Positions 29,125-39,987 of a stretch of DNA of 63,947 nucleotides are shown piece by piece. The DNA is taken from assembly GCA_963932905.1 (NCBI GenBank), contig CAWVRN010000028.1, positions 1-63,947 on the forward strand, read 5' to 3'. Origin of the DNA: an uncultured Bdellovibrio sp. Lineage in GTDB: Bacteria > Bdellovibrionota > Bdellovibrionia > Bdellovibrionales > Bdellovibrionaceae. The notes under the pieces were generated by a model, which made no database searches, was not told where the DNA came from, and saw only the letters and a list, made by a program, of their open reading frames with translations. The translations under genes were made by a program, and so were the position numbers. Positions within the stretch are counted from its first letter, which is position 1, and every line of letters starts with the position of its first letter.

Positions 29125-30600
29125 ATGAATCTGCTGTCTGACCTTAAACGTTTATTTCCCTATCCCAATTTTGTTCATTCTCAAGAGAAAATACTATCCA
29201 GTGTGTATTCGGGCCGATCTGTGTTGGCGATTATGCCAACAGGTTCAGGAAAAAGCTTATGCTATCAATTTCCAGCAAAGGCTGGGAAAAACTTAGTACT
29301 GGTTATTTCGCCTTTAATCGCATTGATGCAAGATCAGGAAAAAAAGGCATTGGATTTGGGAATTAGAGCGGCGGCTATTCATTCGGGAATTAGTGGCGGC
29401 GAACGTAGTGAGAAATATCGTAAATTAAAAGAAAAGCAGTATCAGTTGTTATTTGTCACGCCAGAGCGATTTAGAAAGAAAGAATTTCGCGAGAGCTTAG
29501 CTGCAAACACAGTGGATTTGTTAGTTGTGGACGAAGCTCATTGCATTTCTTTGTGGGGGCACGATTTTAGACCCGATTATTCAAAGATCAGTGAGTTTCG
29601 AAAAGAAATTGGTAACCCGAACGTCTTGGCATTAACGGCGACGGCAACACCGTCGACTCAGGAAGATATTGTTAAACAGCTAGGACTGACTGGAAATTGT
29701 GAAATCATCTATGGCGGGATGGAGCGTACTGAGCTGGCTATTTCTGTGGACGATGTTTTTAGCAATGAAGATAAAAATGATAAAATTCTGCATCTTTTGA
29801 ATACCAAGAATGGTTCGCAGATAGTTTATTTTTTGTTAATCGAATCGCTGGCCAAGTTTTCTAATTTTTTACGAGGTAAGAAAGTAGATCACCAAGTTTA
29901 TCATGGCGATCTAGGTAAAGATCAAAGGGCCTCTTCACTGAATCGATTTATTAAAAATGAAAATGTTTTGATGTTAGCGACGCCGGCGTTTGGTTTGGGT
30001 ATTGATAAACCTAACATTCGTCAAATTTTCAACTATGAACTTCCTGGTTCAATTGAGTCCTATTTTCAAGAAATCGGTCGTGCGGGGCGGGATGGGCAGC
30101 CTGCGGAAGCCCATTTGTTTCTAAGAGACGACGATTTGAGTATTTCGATGGAATTTATTAAATGGGCCTACCCGGAAAAGGAATTTATCACTACGTTTTA
30201 TAAAATGTTGGAAGAGAATTCGATTTCCCTTTTGCAAGAAGGATTTTCTTTTTACCGTGAAAAATTAAGTTTTAGAAACAAACGCGATTATCGCGTTGAA
30301 TCGGCTTATAATATCCTAGAACGTTGGGGTTGTGTGATGCCTTTAACTGAAGTTCTTTCCGATGAGAATAACTATGCGGCTCAGAAAGATTTTCGTGTGA
30401 CTTTGCGTAAGCCAACCGACGACGACTTTAAAAACGAAAACCAGAAAGTACTGTTTCAACATCAGAATAAAAAACTGTTAGATATCTACAGTTGGGCCAA
30501 GAATGAAACTAAATGTCGGTTGGGTGGTATTTACGAATACTTTGGTGCAGATTATATCGAGTGTGGTAAATGCGATTGGTGTCATGAAAACCAGCCGTAG
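29125..30600 (+). CDS. recQ: RecQ-family ATP-dependent DNA helicase (short, no HRDC)
   Basis: MPTGSGKSLCYQ, DEAHCISLWGHDFRPDY, LTATAT, QEIGRAGRDG; C-terminal Zn motif CR...CGKCDWC. Confidence 0.93.
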   Translation: MNLLSDLKRLFPYPNFVHSQEKILSSVYSGRSVLAIMPTGSGKSLCYQFPAKAGKNLVLVISPLIALMQDQEKKALDLGIRAAAIHSGISGGERSEKYRKLKEKQYQLLFVTPERFRKKEFRESLAANTVDLLVVDEAHCISLWGHDFRPDYSKISEFRKEIGNPNVLALTATATPSTQEDIVKQLGLTGNCEIIYGGMERTELAISVDDVFSNEDKNDKILHLLNTKNGSQIVYFLLIESLAKFSNFLRGKKVDHQVYHGDLGKDQRASSLNRFIKNENVLMLATPAFGLGIDKPNIRQIFNYELPGSIESYFQEIGRAGRDGQPAEAHLFLRDDDLSISMEFIKWAYPEKEFITTFYKMLEENSISLLQEGFSFYREKLSFRNKRDYRVESAYNILERWGCVMPLTEVLSDENNYAAQKDFRVTLRKPTDDDFKNENQKVLFQHQNKKLLDIYSWAKNETKCRLGGIYEYFGADYIECGKCDWCHENQP

Positions 30601-31231
30601 TATGTTTCCAGATACACCATATTCAGAAACCGTTGAAGATGTCGTTGGTGTCGGTGGTGTTTTAGATACAGAGACTTTAGTTCAAGCCTATTCCCGTGGG
30701 ATTTTTCCATGGCCGCAAGTTGGGTATCCCATGCTTTGGTTTTTTCCAGAGCAACGAGGCGTGCTGGATTTTTCTGAATTGCATATTCCTAAAAGTTTAG
30801 AAAAATTTATTCGTCACCACGGACAGGAATTTGAATTCACAGTGAACAAAAGTTTTGATCAAGTGATTGAAAATTGCCGTATTCAAAAACGTCCTAACCA
30901 AAACGGCACGTGGATTTTGCCCGAAATAAAGAGAGCCTATTTGCAATTCCATTTGGATGGTTATGCTCATTCAGTGGAGTGTTGGCGCGGGAAAACATTA
31001 GTAGGCGGTATTTACGGAGTTTTGATGAACGGTGTTTTTAGTGGTGAGAGTATGTTTCACTTGGAAGAAAACACCAGTAAGTTAAGCTTGCTGCATCTGA
31101 TTCATTGGCTGAAAGCTAAAGGATTAACGTGGATGGATATTCAAATGCTAACACCAGTTACGGAAGCGTTGGGTGGAAAGTATATCTCGGGTAAAGATTT
31201 TTTCCACCGTCTACCTTTTTCAAAAAACTAA
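30584..31231 (+). CDS. aat: Leucyl/phenylalanyl-tRNA--protein transferase
   Basis: AYSRGIFPW, GTWI, GYAHSVECW, LVGGIYG, FSGESMF, SK. Start is 30584 or 30602. Confidence 0.93.
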   Translation: MKTSRSMFPDTPYSETVEDVVGVGGVLDTETLVQAYSRGIFPWPQVGYPMLWFFPEQRGVLDFSELHIPKSLEKFIRHHGQEFEFTVNKSFDQVIENCRIQKRPNQNGTWILPEIKRAYLQFHLDGYAHSVECWRGKTLVGGIYGVLMNGVFSGESMFHLEENTSKLSLLHLIHWLKAKGLTWMDIQMLTPVTEALGGKYISGKDFFHRLPFSKN

Positions 31232-32421
31232 TGGCGCTGAATTCGACTGCCAGAAACAATAGTGAAGCTTGGGTTAAAGCAAGTATTTTCAACTACCGGG
31301 TAATTGATATAAAACCAGTTTGTGGTTTTGAATTCATATTTAATCACGCCGCCCATTTCATTTAGGCTGAATAAAATTTCATTTTGATTGAACATTGGTG
31401 AATGCAGCAAGCGAATGGCCAGAGGACTTTGTTTACGCATCAAATCGATTAACAACTGTGGGTACTTAATTCTTTGAACAACTACTTTTTTAGCCGTGTC
31501 GTATACGTTTAAAAATGCTTCGGAAACTTGGATTTGGTTGTTAGTAACAAATGTCTTTTCAGATGTAAAAATCAAGTTAGTTCCAACAGATACAAAATTG
31601 TTATACAGAGCTTGAGAGCTATCCAGTTCATAGATGATTCTAGTCGTACCGTTAGAATACGTATGGACGCGTAGAACACGTTTGTTTGGATCCAAGTTGA
31701 AGAAGTTAACAAGTGTAATTTCATCTTTGTTAGAACCTAAAACCTGAACTGTGTCTTTGAACACGATTACGTCTTTTGCTTCTTTGCGAAGATTGTATGT
31801 GTAGAGGTGTGAACCTTCCGGGACTACTGTTGTCCAGGTGATCATTTGTTCACCTAGTGTTGGGTTAAACAACTGAACGGGGTGAGTCCATTCACGAATC
31901 ACAGAACCTTTGCTTAAAGATAGAAGGCGCCATTTACCATTTTCGTTAGCTGGGTAAAGCAAATTTCCTTTGTAGTAAGCGAATAGGCTAAAATTGAAAT
32001 CACGTGAGTAATTCACATAGTTTCTTAATTTCGGATTAAGAAGGTTGATGATTTGGGACGAGCTAGCTTTAATCGCACTTTTTAGTTCTAACTTATAAAT
32101 GCCAAAACGGTTCAAAGAATCGACGGCTGCAATAAAAGCGATTGTTAAGTTGTCATCGCTGTACACGATTTGATGAGAAATAATTTCTTTAAATGGCTGG
32201 CCTTGGGGGTCTGTTGCTGTTAGCAGCGTCGGTTTAAATGTGTCGCCAGCGTCTGAGCGAAGCTGCAGTAATCGGGTGTTGATACTTGAGTTTGTCTGGC
32301 AAATGATGCGAGTCGGTTGTGCGCTAGTTTGCTGAGCAAAGCTTGGGGTAGAGGCTAACGAGGACACGAATAAGGTAAGGATAATAAATAGTTGTATCAT
32401 AATAGTTGCTTTAACTATCAC
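31228..32421 (-). CDS. Hypothetical secreted beta-rich protein
   Basis: Signal peptide ending PSFA; beta-strand-rich; one Cys near each end of the mature chain. Confidence 0.7.
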   Translation of the reverse strand: MIVKATIMIQLFIILTLFVSSLASTPSFAQQTSAQPTRIICQTNSSINTRLLQLRSDAGDTFKPTLLTATDPQGQPFKEIISHQIVYSDDNLTIAFIAAVDSLNRFGIYKLELKSAIKASSSQIINLLNPKLRNYVNYSRDFNFSLFAYYKGNLLYPANENGKWRLLSLSKGSVIREWTHPVQLFNPTLGEQMITWTTVVPEGSHLYTYNLRKEAKDVIVFKDTVQVLGSNKDEITLVNFFNLDPNKRVLRVHTYSNGTTRIIYELDSSQALYNNFVSVGTNLIFTSEKTFVTNNQIQVSEAFLNVYDTAKKVVVQRIKYPQLLIDLMRKQSPLAIRLLHSPMFNQNEILFSLNEMGGVIKYEFKTTNWFYINYPVVENTCFNPSFTIVSGSRIQRH

Positions 32422-32481
32422 GCGGGTAAACTAAGTCAATAGAAGCGAAATTTTTACTGGAATTGGGGCTTCTGGCCCCAT

Positions 32482-33018
32482 TTATTTGTTTAAGAACGTA
32501 TGGATCGAGTCAAAGATACTAAGGATTTGGCCATCCATGAACAAATTCATGACGATAACCCAGAAAGTAGCTAGGAAACCCATAATGAAGACTTTTTTGA
32601 AGAAGTTCCAGGTTTTCAGTTCTTCGCTGGTAAGGGATCCGAAGTCGCCCTCTTCATTTTTGATTTTGCGTGATAAGCCTTGGGCCAACACAATCCGATG
32701 AGCCATTTCTAATTTATAAAAATGGACCGCTACCAGAATGGAATGCGCACGATCAGGTTCTAATCGGGTTACAATCGCATGGCAGGCCATTTGTTGTGCG
32801 CCCGGGACTACGAATTGAACTTTGATAACTTCGCCTAACACAGGACATAAATCTTCGGGGGCTGTGAATGCCAAGCCCGTCAAAGAAACATTTTTGATTT
32901 CAGTATCTTCTTCCCAGGGGATTTGCTGAGGACCGGCGACTCGTACTAAACTGTCGTCGTGCGTGTTGAGTATGTAGCGTGGAGATCGAGCATGATATTT
33001 GGCTAGGCTGTGAGTCAT
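32482..33018 (-). CDS. PilZ-domain protein with a C-terminal TM helix
   Basis: ARSPRY (RxxxR-like) and NVSLTG (D/NxSxxG); hydrophobic C-terminal helix. ATG 33018 preferred over TTG 33045. Confidence 0.85.
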   Translation of the reverse strand: MTHSLAKYHARSPRYILNTHDDSLVRVAGPQQIPWEEDTEIKNVSLTGLAFTAPEDLCPVLGEVIKVQFVVPGAQQMACHAIVTRLEPDRAHSILVAVHFYKLEMAHRIVLAQGLSRKIKNEEGDFGSLTSEELKTWNFFKKVFIMGFLATFWVIVMNLFMDGQILSIFDSIHTFLNK

Positions 33019-33132
33019 ACTAGACTTGTCGGACGTGCTAACCAAATACTGTAAATAAATTTATAAAAATAGGAAGCTATCAGTGTTTCAATATGGTACA
33101 CTTTATTGGGTCGGATTACCAAGTGGTACTAA

Positions 33133-35289
33133 ATGGTTTTGAAGCGAAAAAATAAAAGCAAATCTCGAAAAAAAATTCCACGCAAAAATAAAGCGATTGC
33201 GTCAATCGTTCCTATTGTTCCTAGTAAGGAATTTATAAACCGCGAAGTTGGGTGGTTGAACTTCAATTTCCGCGTTTTAAACGAAGCTGTCGATGCTCGA
33301 AATCCGCTGCTGGAAAGGCTAAGATTCCTATCTATTGCGAGTTCGAATTTAGATGAATTTGTGATGAAGCGTATTGGGCGTTTGAAAAAACAGGAAGCAT
33401 TTAATTTAAATATTCGTTCAAAAGACGGGTTAAGCGCTACTCAACAATTAAGTGAAATTCGAAACAATTTGATTGTAATGATTCAGTCTTTGGCTACGAC
33501 CTTCATAGGATTGAGTGCCGAACTAGCCAAAGAAAAAATCGCTTTAGTAAAATGGAAAGATCTTTCAGAGAGCGAAAAGACTTACGTAAGAGGGTTTTAC
33601 CTTAAAAATGTATTCCCTGTGTTGACACCGTTATCCGTGGATTTGGGACATCCGTTTCCATTCATTTCAAATTTGTCGACATCCTTAGGTGTAACATTAA
33701 AACATCCCGAACATGAAGAGCGTTTATTTGCGCGCGTGAAAATTCCGAAAGTATTGCCGCAGTGGATTCGTGTCGATCAAGGTGAATACAAGTTTATCAG
33801 TTTGATCGACGTGATCGTTGCTAACATCAAAGATTTATTTCCTTTGATGGAAGTGCTAAATGCGATGCCATTTCGTTTAACTCGAAATGCAGAACTAGAA
33901 AAAAGCGAAGATGAAGCCGAAGATTTGCTAGAGCATATTGAAGAAGAATTACGTCAGCGACGTTTCGCCGAGGTGGTCCGGTTAGAACATGGTCCTAAGC
34001 CCGATCTGTGGATGTTGCAGTTTTTGATGGATGAGCTTGAACTGTCTCAGGAAGATGTATACGAGCATCCTGGTCTGCTAGATTATACTGATTTAAATGT
34101 TATTACTGATGTTCCGCGTGCTGATTTAAAATTTCGCAGTTACGTCCCGGTAGTGCCTGGGCCATTCCTAGATGATTCGCAAAGTTTGTTTATGACGATT
34201 CGTCAGCAAGATTTGTTGTTGCATCATCCTTATGAAAGCTTCAGACACACCGTTGAGAGATTTGTTAAAGAGGCAGTCCTCGATCCAAAAGTGCTGGCGA
34301 TTAAGATGACTTTGTATCGGACTGGTGACAATTCGCCATTTGTGAAAGCCCTGATTCGTGCAGCTGAGGAAGGCAAACAGGTAGTTTGCTTAGTCGAGCT
34401 AAAAGCGCGTTTTGATGAAGAGAGAAATATCTACTGGGCCCAAGCATTAGAAAATGCAGGGGTGCACGTGGTGTATGGTGTTGTCGGCCTGAAGACTCAT
34501 GCGAAAACAATTTTGGTTGTCCGTCAGGAAGTGGAAGGACTAAAATGTTATGCGCATATTGGGACTGGTAACTACAACTCGGTTACGTCGCGATTGTATT
34601 CTGATTTTGGTTTGTTAACTTCACGTGACGAAATTACGTCGGAATTAGTTGAGTTTTTCCATTACCTGACTGGTCGCTCTTTAAAAAATTCGTATCAGAA
34701 CTTGTTGATCGCCCCAATCAATATGGCGTCGAAATTTCAACAGCTGATTGAACGTGAGGGTGAAATGGCGAAGCAAGGCAAGCCATCACAAATTATCGCC
34801 AAGTTTAATAACATGGATGATGCCGATATTACTCGGGCGCTCTACAAAGCCTCGCAAAATGGGACTCAGATTTCTATGATTGTTCGCGGATTTTGCTGTT
34901 TGAAACCTGGGGTTCCAGGGATGAGTGATAATATTAAAGTCATATCGATTATTGGGCGTTTCTTAGAGCATTCGCGCGTTTTTTATTTTAGAAATGGAGC
35001 GATGGATCCATTGGATGGGGATTTCTTTATCGGGTCTGCGGACTGGATGTATCGCAATTTACAAACCCGTGTTGAAGCAGTGGTTCCAATTGTTGATCGT
35101 GCATCTAAAGAAAAACTTTGGGAAGTTTTGCAAATGGCGCTGAACGACGGACGTCAGGCGTGGGAAATGAATGGTGATGGTAAGTATATTCAACGTAAGA
35201 CGAGTGAAGTGGGGCTTCATACTCAGCTAATGACCCTCACGAAACAGCGCCAAGCGCCGGTCGAAGAGCCGGTAAAGAAAGAAAGTTAA
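33133..35289 (+). CDS. ppk1: Polyphosphate kinase 1
   Basis: NREVGWLNFNFRVL, SNLDEF, HHPYESF, KMTLYR, ELKARFDE, KTHAK, GTGNYN, RFLEHSR, SADWMYRN. Confidence 0.97.
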   Translation: MVLKRKNKSKSRKKIPRKNKAIASIVPIVPSKEFINREVGWLNFNFRVLNEAVDARNPLLERLRFLSIASSNLDEFVMKRIGRLKKQEAFNLNIRSKDGLSATQQLSEIRNNLIVMIQSLATTFIGLSAELAKEKIALVKWKDLSESEKTYVRGFYLKNVFPVLTPLSVDLGHPFPFISNLSTSLGVTLKHPEHEERLFARVKIPKVLPQWIRVDQGEYKFISLIDVIVANIKDLFPLMEVLNAMPFRLTRNAELEKSEDEAEDLLEHIEEELRQRRFAEVVRLEHGPKPDLWMLQFLMDELELSQEDVYEHPGLLDYTDLNVITDVPRADLKFRSYVPVVPGPFLDDSQSLFMTIRQQDLLLHHPYESFRHTVERFVKEAVLDPKVLAIKMTLYRTGDNSPFVKALIRAAEEGKQVVCLVELKARFDEERNIYWAQALENAGVHVVYGVVGLKTHAKTILVVRQEVEGLKCYAHIGTGNYNSVTSRLYSDFGLLTSRDEITSELVEFFHYLTGRSLKNSYQNLLIAPINMASKFQQLIEREGEMAKQGKPSQIIAKFNNMDDADITRALYKASQNGTQISMIVRGFCCLKPGVPGMSDNIKVISIIGRFLEHSRVFYFRNGAMDPLDGDFFIGSADWMYRNLQTRVEAVVPIVDRASKEKLWEVLQMALNDGRQAWEMNGDGKYIQRKTSEVGLHTQLMTLTKQRQAPVEEPVKKES

Positions 35290-35293
35290 ATCC

Positions 35294-35803
35294 ATGTTTT
35301 TGTTTATCATTCGTCATGCCATTGCCGAAGAACGCGAAGAATTTGCGAAGAAAAATACTGACGATAGCTTACGACCTTTAACGGCTAAAGGAAAAAAGAA
35401 GCTTCAAAAAATGGTGCTTAGCTTAGAGAAAGAATTTGATAAGCTGGATTTGATTATTACTAGTCCGTATCTAAGAGCAAAACAATCGGCACAGGTTGTT
35501 TCGGAAATAACGGATGGGACAAAGATCGTTGAATCGGCAGAGCTTGTTCCACATGCACCTCCGCAATCGTTAATGAAGTGGATTAGAACTCATTGTGGAG
35601 GGCACAAGAAAGTGGCCATCGTAGGGCATGAGCCACACATAACTTCGTTTGCTAGCTATGTTCTTTCGGGCAATCCACAAGAGAGTTTTATCGAAATGAA
35701 AAAATCGTCGATAGCTTTAGTGGAAGTTGGGAATTTTGAGGACTTGGCGCCGTCGAAAGCCAAACTTCAATGGTTGGCTTCCCCGAAAATAACTATAGAT
35801 TAG
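35294..35803 (+). CDS. sixA: Phosphohistidine phosphatase SixA
   Basis: IRHAIAE, RPLTAKG, TSPYLRAKQSA, VGHEP; directly downstream of ppk1. Confidence 0.88.
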   Translation: MFLFIIRHAIAEEREEFAKKNTDDSLRPLTAKGKKKLQKMVLSLEKEFDKLDLIITSPYLRAKQSAQVVSEITDGTKIVESAELVPHAPPQSLMKWIRTHCGGHKKVAIVGHEPHITSFASYVLSGNPQESFIEMKKSSIALVEVGNFEDLAPSKAKLQWLASPKITID

Positions 35804-35841
35804 ATTTTTTTGTAAGAAACAGACGACCATAAATGTCGTCC

Positions 35842-37890
35842 TTATTTTCCTAATTCATTTGCGATATGCTCTGCTTGATAGATTTTTTTCAGAGTTTCCA
35901 TGATTGCCGAACTGTGGACTGCCACCGCGCGATTTACGCTAGCGTCAAAGCCATAATCGCCACCTAAAGATTGAATATTGCCGTCAAAAATAAGTCCGAC
36001 AACTTCGGCGTTTTTGTTGATCATGGGTGATCCCGAGTTGCCGCCGATGATGTCGTTCGTTGAACAAAAATTAAATTTTTCATCCATATTCAATTTGGAT
36101 TTGGCATCTAACCAAGTTTTAGGAAGTGCAAATGGTTCCGCATCTGTGTGGCGTTCAAAAGCTCCACCGATTGTCGTGAACGGTTTTACTTCTTGGCCTT
36201 TTTGCTGATAGCCTTTCACTTGGCCAAACGATACACGTAGCGTGAAAGTGGCATCAGGGTAGCGTTTCGAGCCATAGACTGCGAATTGAGCTTGCGCTAC
36301 TTTTTCACCTGCTTGTTTGATGCGTGTTTCAACTTCGTCTTCATATTTAGTTCTGATGGCTCTAGATTCTGAGTCTAAAGCAGCTGCCAAACGGATCATT
36401 GAATCTTGTGATTCGTCGATCGCTTTTTGACCACCAGCAAATAATTTTTCACGAAGTGGGATGTCTTTTAGTTTCGTGCCTTTAACTAGAGTTTCGGCCG
36501 ATTGACGTGGCGATTTCATGCCTAGCAGTTTTTTGATGTAGGGATGGTCGGCGCCTAACACTTCACGTGCTTTTGTGAAAGCGAACGTAAGGTTTTCAAC
36601 TTCGAAATCGTCATAAATGGGAGCCGCGCTAAATAAACTTTGTTTCAACTGAGGTAGGCCAGCATCGTTGAATTCACGGAAACGTTTTTCGTTTGGTTTT
36701 GGAAGCTCGCCCGCAGCGCGTACTAAAGTTTTGGCAATACCAAACAGCCGAGAACCATAAGTCGTGCGTTCAATATATTCTAGAGATTCAAAGATATTAC
36801 GATAGTCTTTGTAGGCAGCAGCCATGTCGTTCCATGCAGAGCCAAATTCTTTTTTCCATTTTGGGTTCGCATGGATTTTCTGTCTAAGAGATTTCTCTTC
36901 GGCTACTTTGTTGGCAAAGAATGCTTTATCCTGTAGTGTCTGCAGGCGACCCTTCATGGCTTTTAAGCTGTTCTCTACACCGAATAGGCGGCCAGTGGCA
37001 TAACGTTTTTGTTCAGCACCACGCTGTTGAAACTGAGTCAGATTGCCACGCGTTTCTGAAAGGTAAATCAAGCTATTGATTAACTGAACATCGCGCAAAA
37101 ATTCAAGTTCAGCCACCGTAAGGAGGCGTGATGTTTTACCTGGATGGCCCGTCACGAACGTAAGGTCATTCTCGGCAGCCCCGTCAGTTGACCATTTGAA
37201 AAAGTGTTGCGTCGCTAATGGTTTGCCTTGGTCGTAAACCCGAAGCAGGGATAAATCTAAATCGTAGCGTGGAAAGTTGAAATTATCTGGATCGCCGCCG
37301 AAGAAAGCGATGGCTAATTCGGGAGCAAATACCAATCGTACATCTTGATAACGTTGGTATTTGTACAGATGATATTGGCCGCCATGATAAAGTGTTACTA
37401 CATCACAGCGAATCGTATCGGAACCACCAGCGCACTCTTTTTCAATTTCGGACATTGAGGCTTTGAGTTGTTCGTTGAACTCTTTGCCTTTTAATTTACT
37501 TGTTTTAGCTTTAATAATTCCCGTGACATCTTTGATGCCAATCAGTTGGTTGACTTCGATTTCTGGGCATTTGACTTCGTCTTCTTTTTTCTTCGCTAAA
37601 AATCCGCTGGCGACGTAATCTTTACCTGATTTCGATAGCTGTTCGATGCAGGAATGTGCACAGTGATGATTGGTCATCACAAGACCTTGGCTTGAAACAA
37701 AACTCCCGGAACAGCCCCCAGCAAGTCGAACAGACGATAGTTGAACGTGATCAATCCACTCCTGAGTCGGTGTGAATTGATATTTGGCTTTTAGTTGTTC
37801 AGTCGGAAATTGATTGAATGGCCACATGCCTTCTTCGGCAACGGCAAAGCTAAAGACAAGCGCGGGCGCTAATAAAAGGGATAACTTCAT
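35842..37890 (-). CDS. S46 family dipeptidyl peptidase (DPP7/DAP-BII-like)
   Basis: Signal peptide then EEGMW; GCSGSFVS..GLVMTNHHC; DNFNFPRY; YPDATFTLR; DIIGGNSGSP; FDGN. Confidence 0.95.
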   Translation of the reverse strand: MKLSLLLAPALVFSFAVAEEGMWPFNQFPTEQLKAKYQFTPTQEWIDHVQLSSVRLAGGCSGSFVSSQGLVMTNHHCAHSCIEQLSKSGKDYVASGFLAKKKEDEVKCPEIEVNQLIGIKDVTGIIKAKTSKLKGKEFNEQLKASMSEIEKECAGGSDTIRCDVVTLYHGGQYHLYKYQRYQDVRLVFAPELAIAFFGGDPDNFNFPRYDLDLSLLRVYDQGKPLATQHFFKWSTDGAAENDLTFVTGHPGKTSRLLTVAELEFLRDVQLINSLIYLSETRGNLTQFQQRGAEQKRYATGRLFGVENSLKAMKGRLQTLQDKAFFANKVAEEKSLRQKIHANPKWKKEFGSAWNDMAAAYKDYRNIFESLEYIERTTYGSRLFGIAKTLVRAAGELPKPNEKRFREFNDAGLPQLKQSLFSAAPIYDDFEVENLTFAFTKAREVLGADHPYIKKLLGMKSPRQSAETLVKGTKLKDIPLREKLFAGGQKAIDESQDSMIRLAAALDSESRAIRTKYEDEVETRIKQAGEKVAQAQFAVYGSKRYPDATFTLRVSFGQVKGYQQKGQEVKPFTTIGGAFERHTDAEPFALPKTWLDAKSKLNMDEKFNFCSTNDIIGGNSGSPMINKNAEVVGLIFDGNIQSLGGDYGFDASVNRAVAVHSSAIMETLKKIYQAEHIANELGK

Positions 37891-37920
37891 AGATGGATTC
37901 CAAGGGAAAGAGAGGGCTTG

Positions 37921-39978
37921 CTAGAAGCCCAATTGTTTTTTTAATTTTTCGGCTTGTTTTTTGGCTTCTTCTTCAGCCTTTTTTTCAGCCTTCTTTTTTT
38001 CAGCTTCTACTTTTTGACGTTCTTCTTCCACACGGCGATTGGCTTCAGCCTGAGCTTTGGCTTTTTCGGCGTTTACGCGATTTTCGATATCGTGTTTAGC
38101 TTCGTTGATTTTGTTTTCAGCTAGTTTCTTTTGTGCTTCGGCCTGATCTTGAACTTTTTTCAGTTCGCCTTCTGCTTTTGAGCGTAGTTCGTTAACTTGC
38201 TTTTCGATTTGTTCTTTTTGCTTGTTGATTTCGGCGTCAACGTAATCTTTGATTTTCTTTTTAAGTTCTTCAATCTTGGCATTGATTTCTTTTTCGAAAC
38301 CATGCTGGATCCGTTCGCCTAAATCAGATGTAATATCTAGATCGAAATTGGGTAGAGTCCCTTTGCCTTCGGCAACCATGCTCGTCGTACGTGCTTCTTT
38401 GAAAACGTTAACCAGGATGCCTTCCATATCTTTGTTTTTAGCAGTGACTTGGTAATCAACATCTTTGAACTGATTTGTGATTTTTAATGAAAGGTCTTTG
38501 TAGTTTTTCAATTCTATGTTTGAGCTTACACCGCCAATAGCGGATGCGAAACTCATAGCGATGTCTGGCGTATTCATGATTTCTTTTGCAGAAATCACAA
38601 ACGATTTAACTCCAAACGTTGAGGTGATAATGGCGTCTTTGGTTCTATTGTCGAATTTCAATTTAAAATCGATGCCTTCGATTTTTTCGGAAGGGAAGTC
38701 TCCTGAAATCCAGGCTACCGTCGGTTTTCCGGTGACCAATTGATTAGTTGTAACGTCAGTGATTTCGCCCTTTAGATTTCCTGCTTTTGAATTAGGGTCG
38801 TTAGAATTTAATTTAGAACTGATTAAAGCTTTCTTTAGCCAAAACGTTGGGTAAGCATTCAGTTTTCCGAATTCGTATGTCGTTCCTTTTTCACGGACGC
38901 GAGGTTGAATTTTGACCTCAGGTTTGTCGTTTTTATCAACTATGTTCGGAGGCGCGTATTTGTAAAACAATCCTTTGTAATGATTGATTTTAGCAAGATA
39001 TGGATTTGTGTAGCGTTTAAACAAAGTCATCGCGATCGATTTAGCATCGATTTTTGGAATTTTGAAATGCGCCTGAAGGTCTTTGATATCTTGTTCGATC
39101 TGCGCCCGGATATCTTTAAGACCGTCATCTGTTACTTTTAAATCCTTATCGAAATCAGATTTAGTGGCGTTTACTTCATCGATTTTCTTTTGACCGTCGG
39201 CCATGATGGCTTGAACTTCAGAGATGCTTTGTTGAACTTCTTCTGGCTTAGAGAAACCAGAAGACTTAACCTTTTTTAGACGATCACCCAAGGCTTGGAA
39301 TTCGGCTGGTTTCGGAAGTTTTTTTAAACGTTCTTCCCAGTCTTTTTGCTTTTGTTTAAGCGCTATTTCGAACGCTTTCATTTTTTCTTTAGAAACTAAT
39401 TGGCTTTCTAGTTTCGACATTTCTGCATCGCCAGATGAGCCCGTCATCATGTTGGCGATATTTCCAAATACGTTATCGTCGTATTTTGTTTTAGCACTTT
39501 CCAACGCTTCATCTTTTAATTTTTCAGCTTCTTTTTTAAGTGCGCTCTCTTTTTCTGGTTCCGGCGGTTTTACTTTTCCCGGATATTTACGAGGCTGGTC
39601 AAAGGAAATATTTTCTATCGCGGCTTCGTTGATAACGAACTTCATACGAAGTAGAGCATCCCACAACAAAGAAAAACGAATCTCGCCTATGTTTAGATTG
39701 TTGTGAGTTGGTTTTTCTGGATTCGTAATTTCAATGTTACCGATTTTAATAGAAGCATTTAGGAAGCTCGTTTCTAGGTGACCGACATTCACTTCCGCAC
39801 CTGTCGCTTGGTATCCAACAAACTCCGCCAAGCTACGCATGTTGGCATCGAAGAAAAGTTTAAAGTAAAGGCCTATCAATACGATTATGATCGCCGCGGG
39901 AACAATCGCTTCCCAACGAATAGGGCCTTTGTTTTTTTTCGGTTTCTCTGCGGTCGGATTTGTATTTTTATCAGACAT
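37921..39978 (-). CDS. TIGR03545-family protein
   Basis: N-terminal TM after GPIRW, GAEVNVG, long coiled coils, beta-rich C-terminal half; follows a TIGR03546-like gene. Confidence 0.82.
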   Translation of the reverse strand: MSDKNTNPTAEKPKKNKGPIRWEAIVPAAIIIVLIGLYFKLFFDANMRSLAEFVGYQATGAEVNVGHLETSFLNASIKIGNIEITNPEKPTHNNLNIGEIRFSLLWDALLRMKFVINEAAIENISFDQPRKYPGKVKPPEPEKESALKKEAEKLKDEALESAKTKYDDNVFGNIANMMTGSSGDAEMSKLESQLVSKEKMKAFEIALKQKQKDWEERLKKLPKPAEFQALGDRLKKVKSSGFSKPEEVQQSISEVQAIMADGQKKIDEVNATKSDFDKDLKVTDDGLKDIRAQIEQDIKDLQAHFKIPKIDAKSIAMTLFKRYTNPYLAKINHYKGLFYKYAPPNIVDKNDKPEVKIQPRVREKGTTYEFGKLNAYPTFWLKKALISSKLNSNDPNSKAGNLKGEITDVTTNQLVTGKPTVAWISGDFPSEKIEGIDFKLKFDNRTKDAIITSTFGVKSFVISAKEIMNTPDIAMSFASAIGGVSSNIELKNYKDLSLKITNQFKDVDYQVTAKNKDMEGILVNVFKEARTTSMVAEGKGTLPNFDLDITSDLGERIQHGFEKEINAKIEELKKKIKDYVDAEINKQKEQIEKQVNELRSKAEGELKKVQDQAEAQKKLAENKINEAKHDIENRVNAEKAKAQAEANRRVEEERQKVEAEKKKAEKKAEEEAKKQAEKLKKQLGF

Positions 39979-39987
39979 AGACTGTTC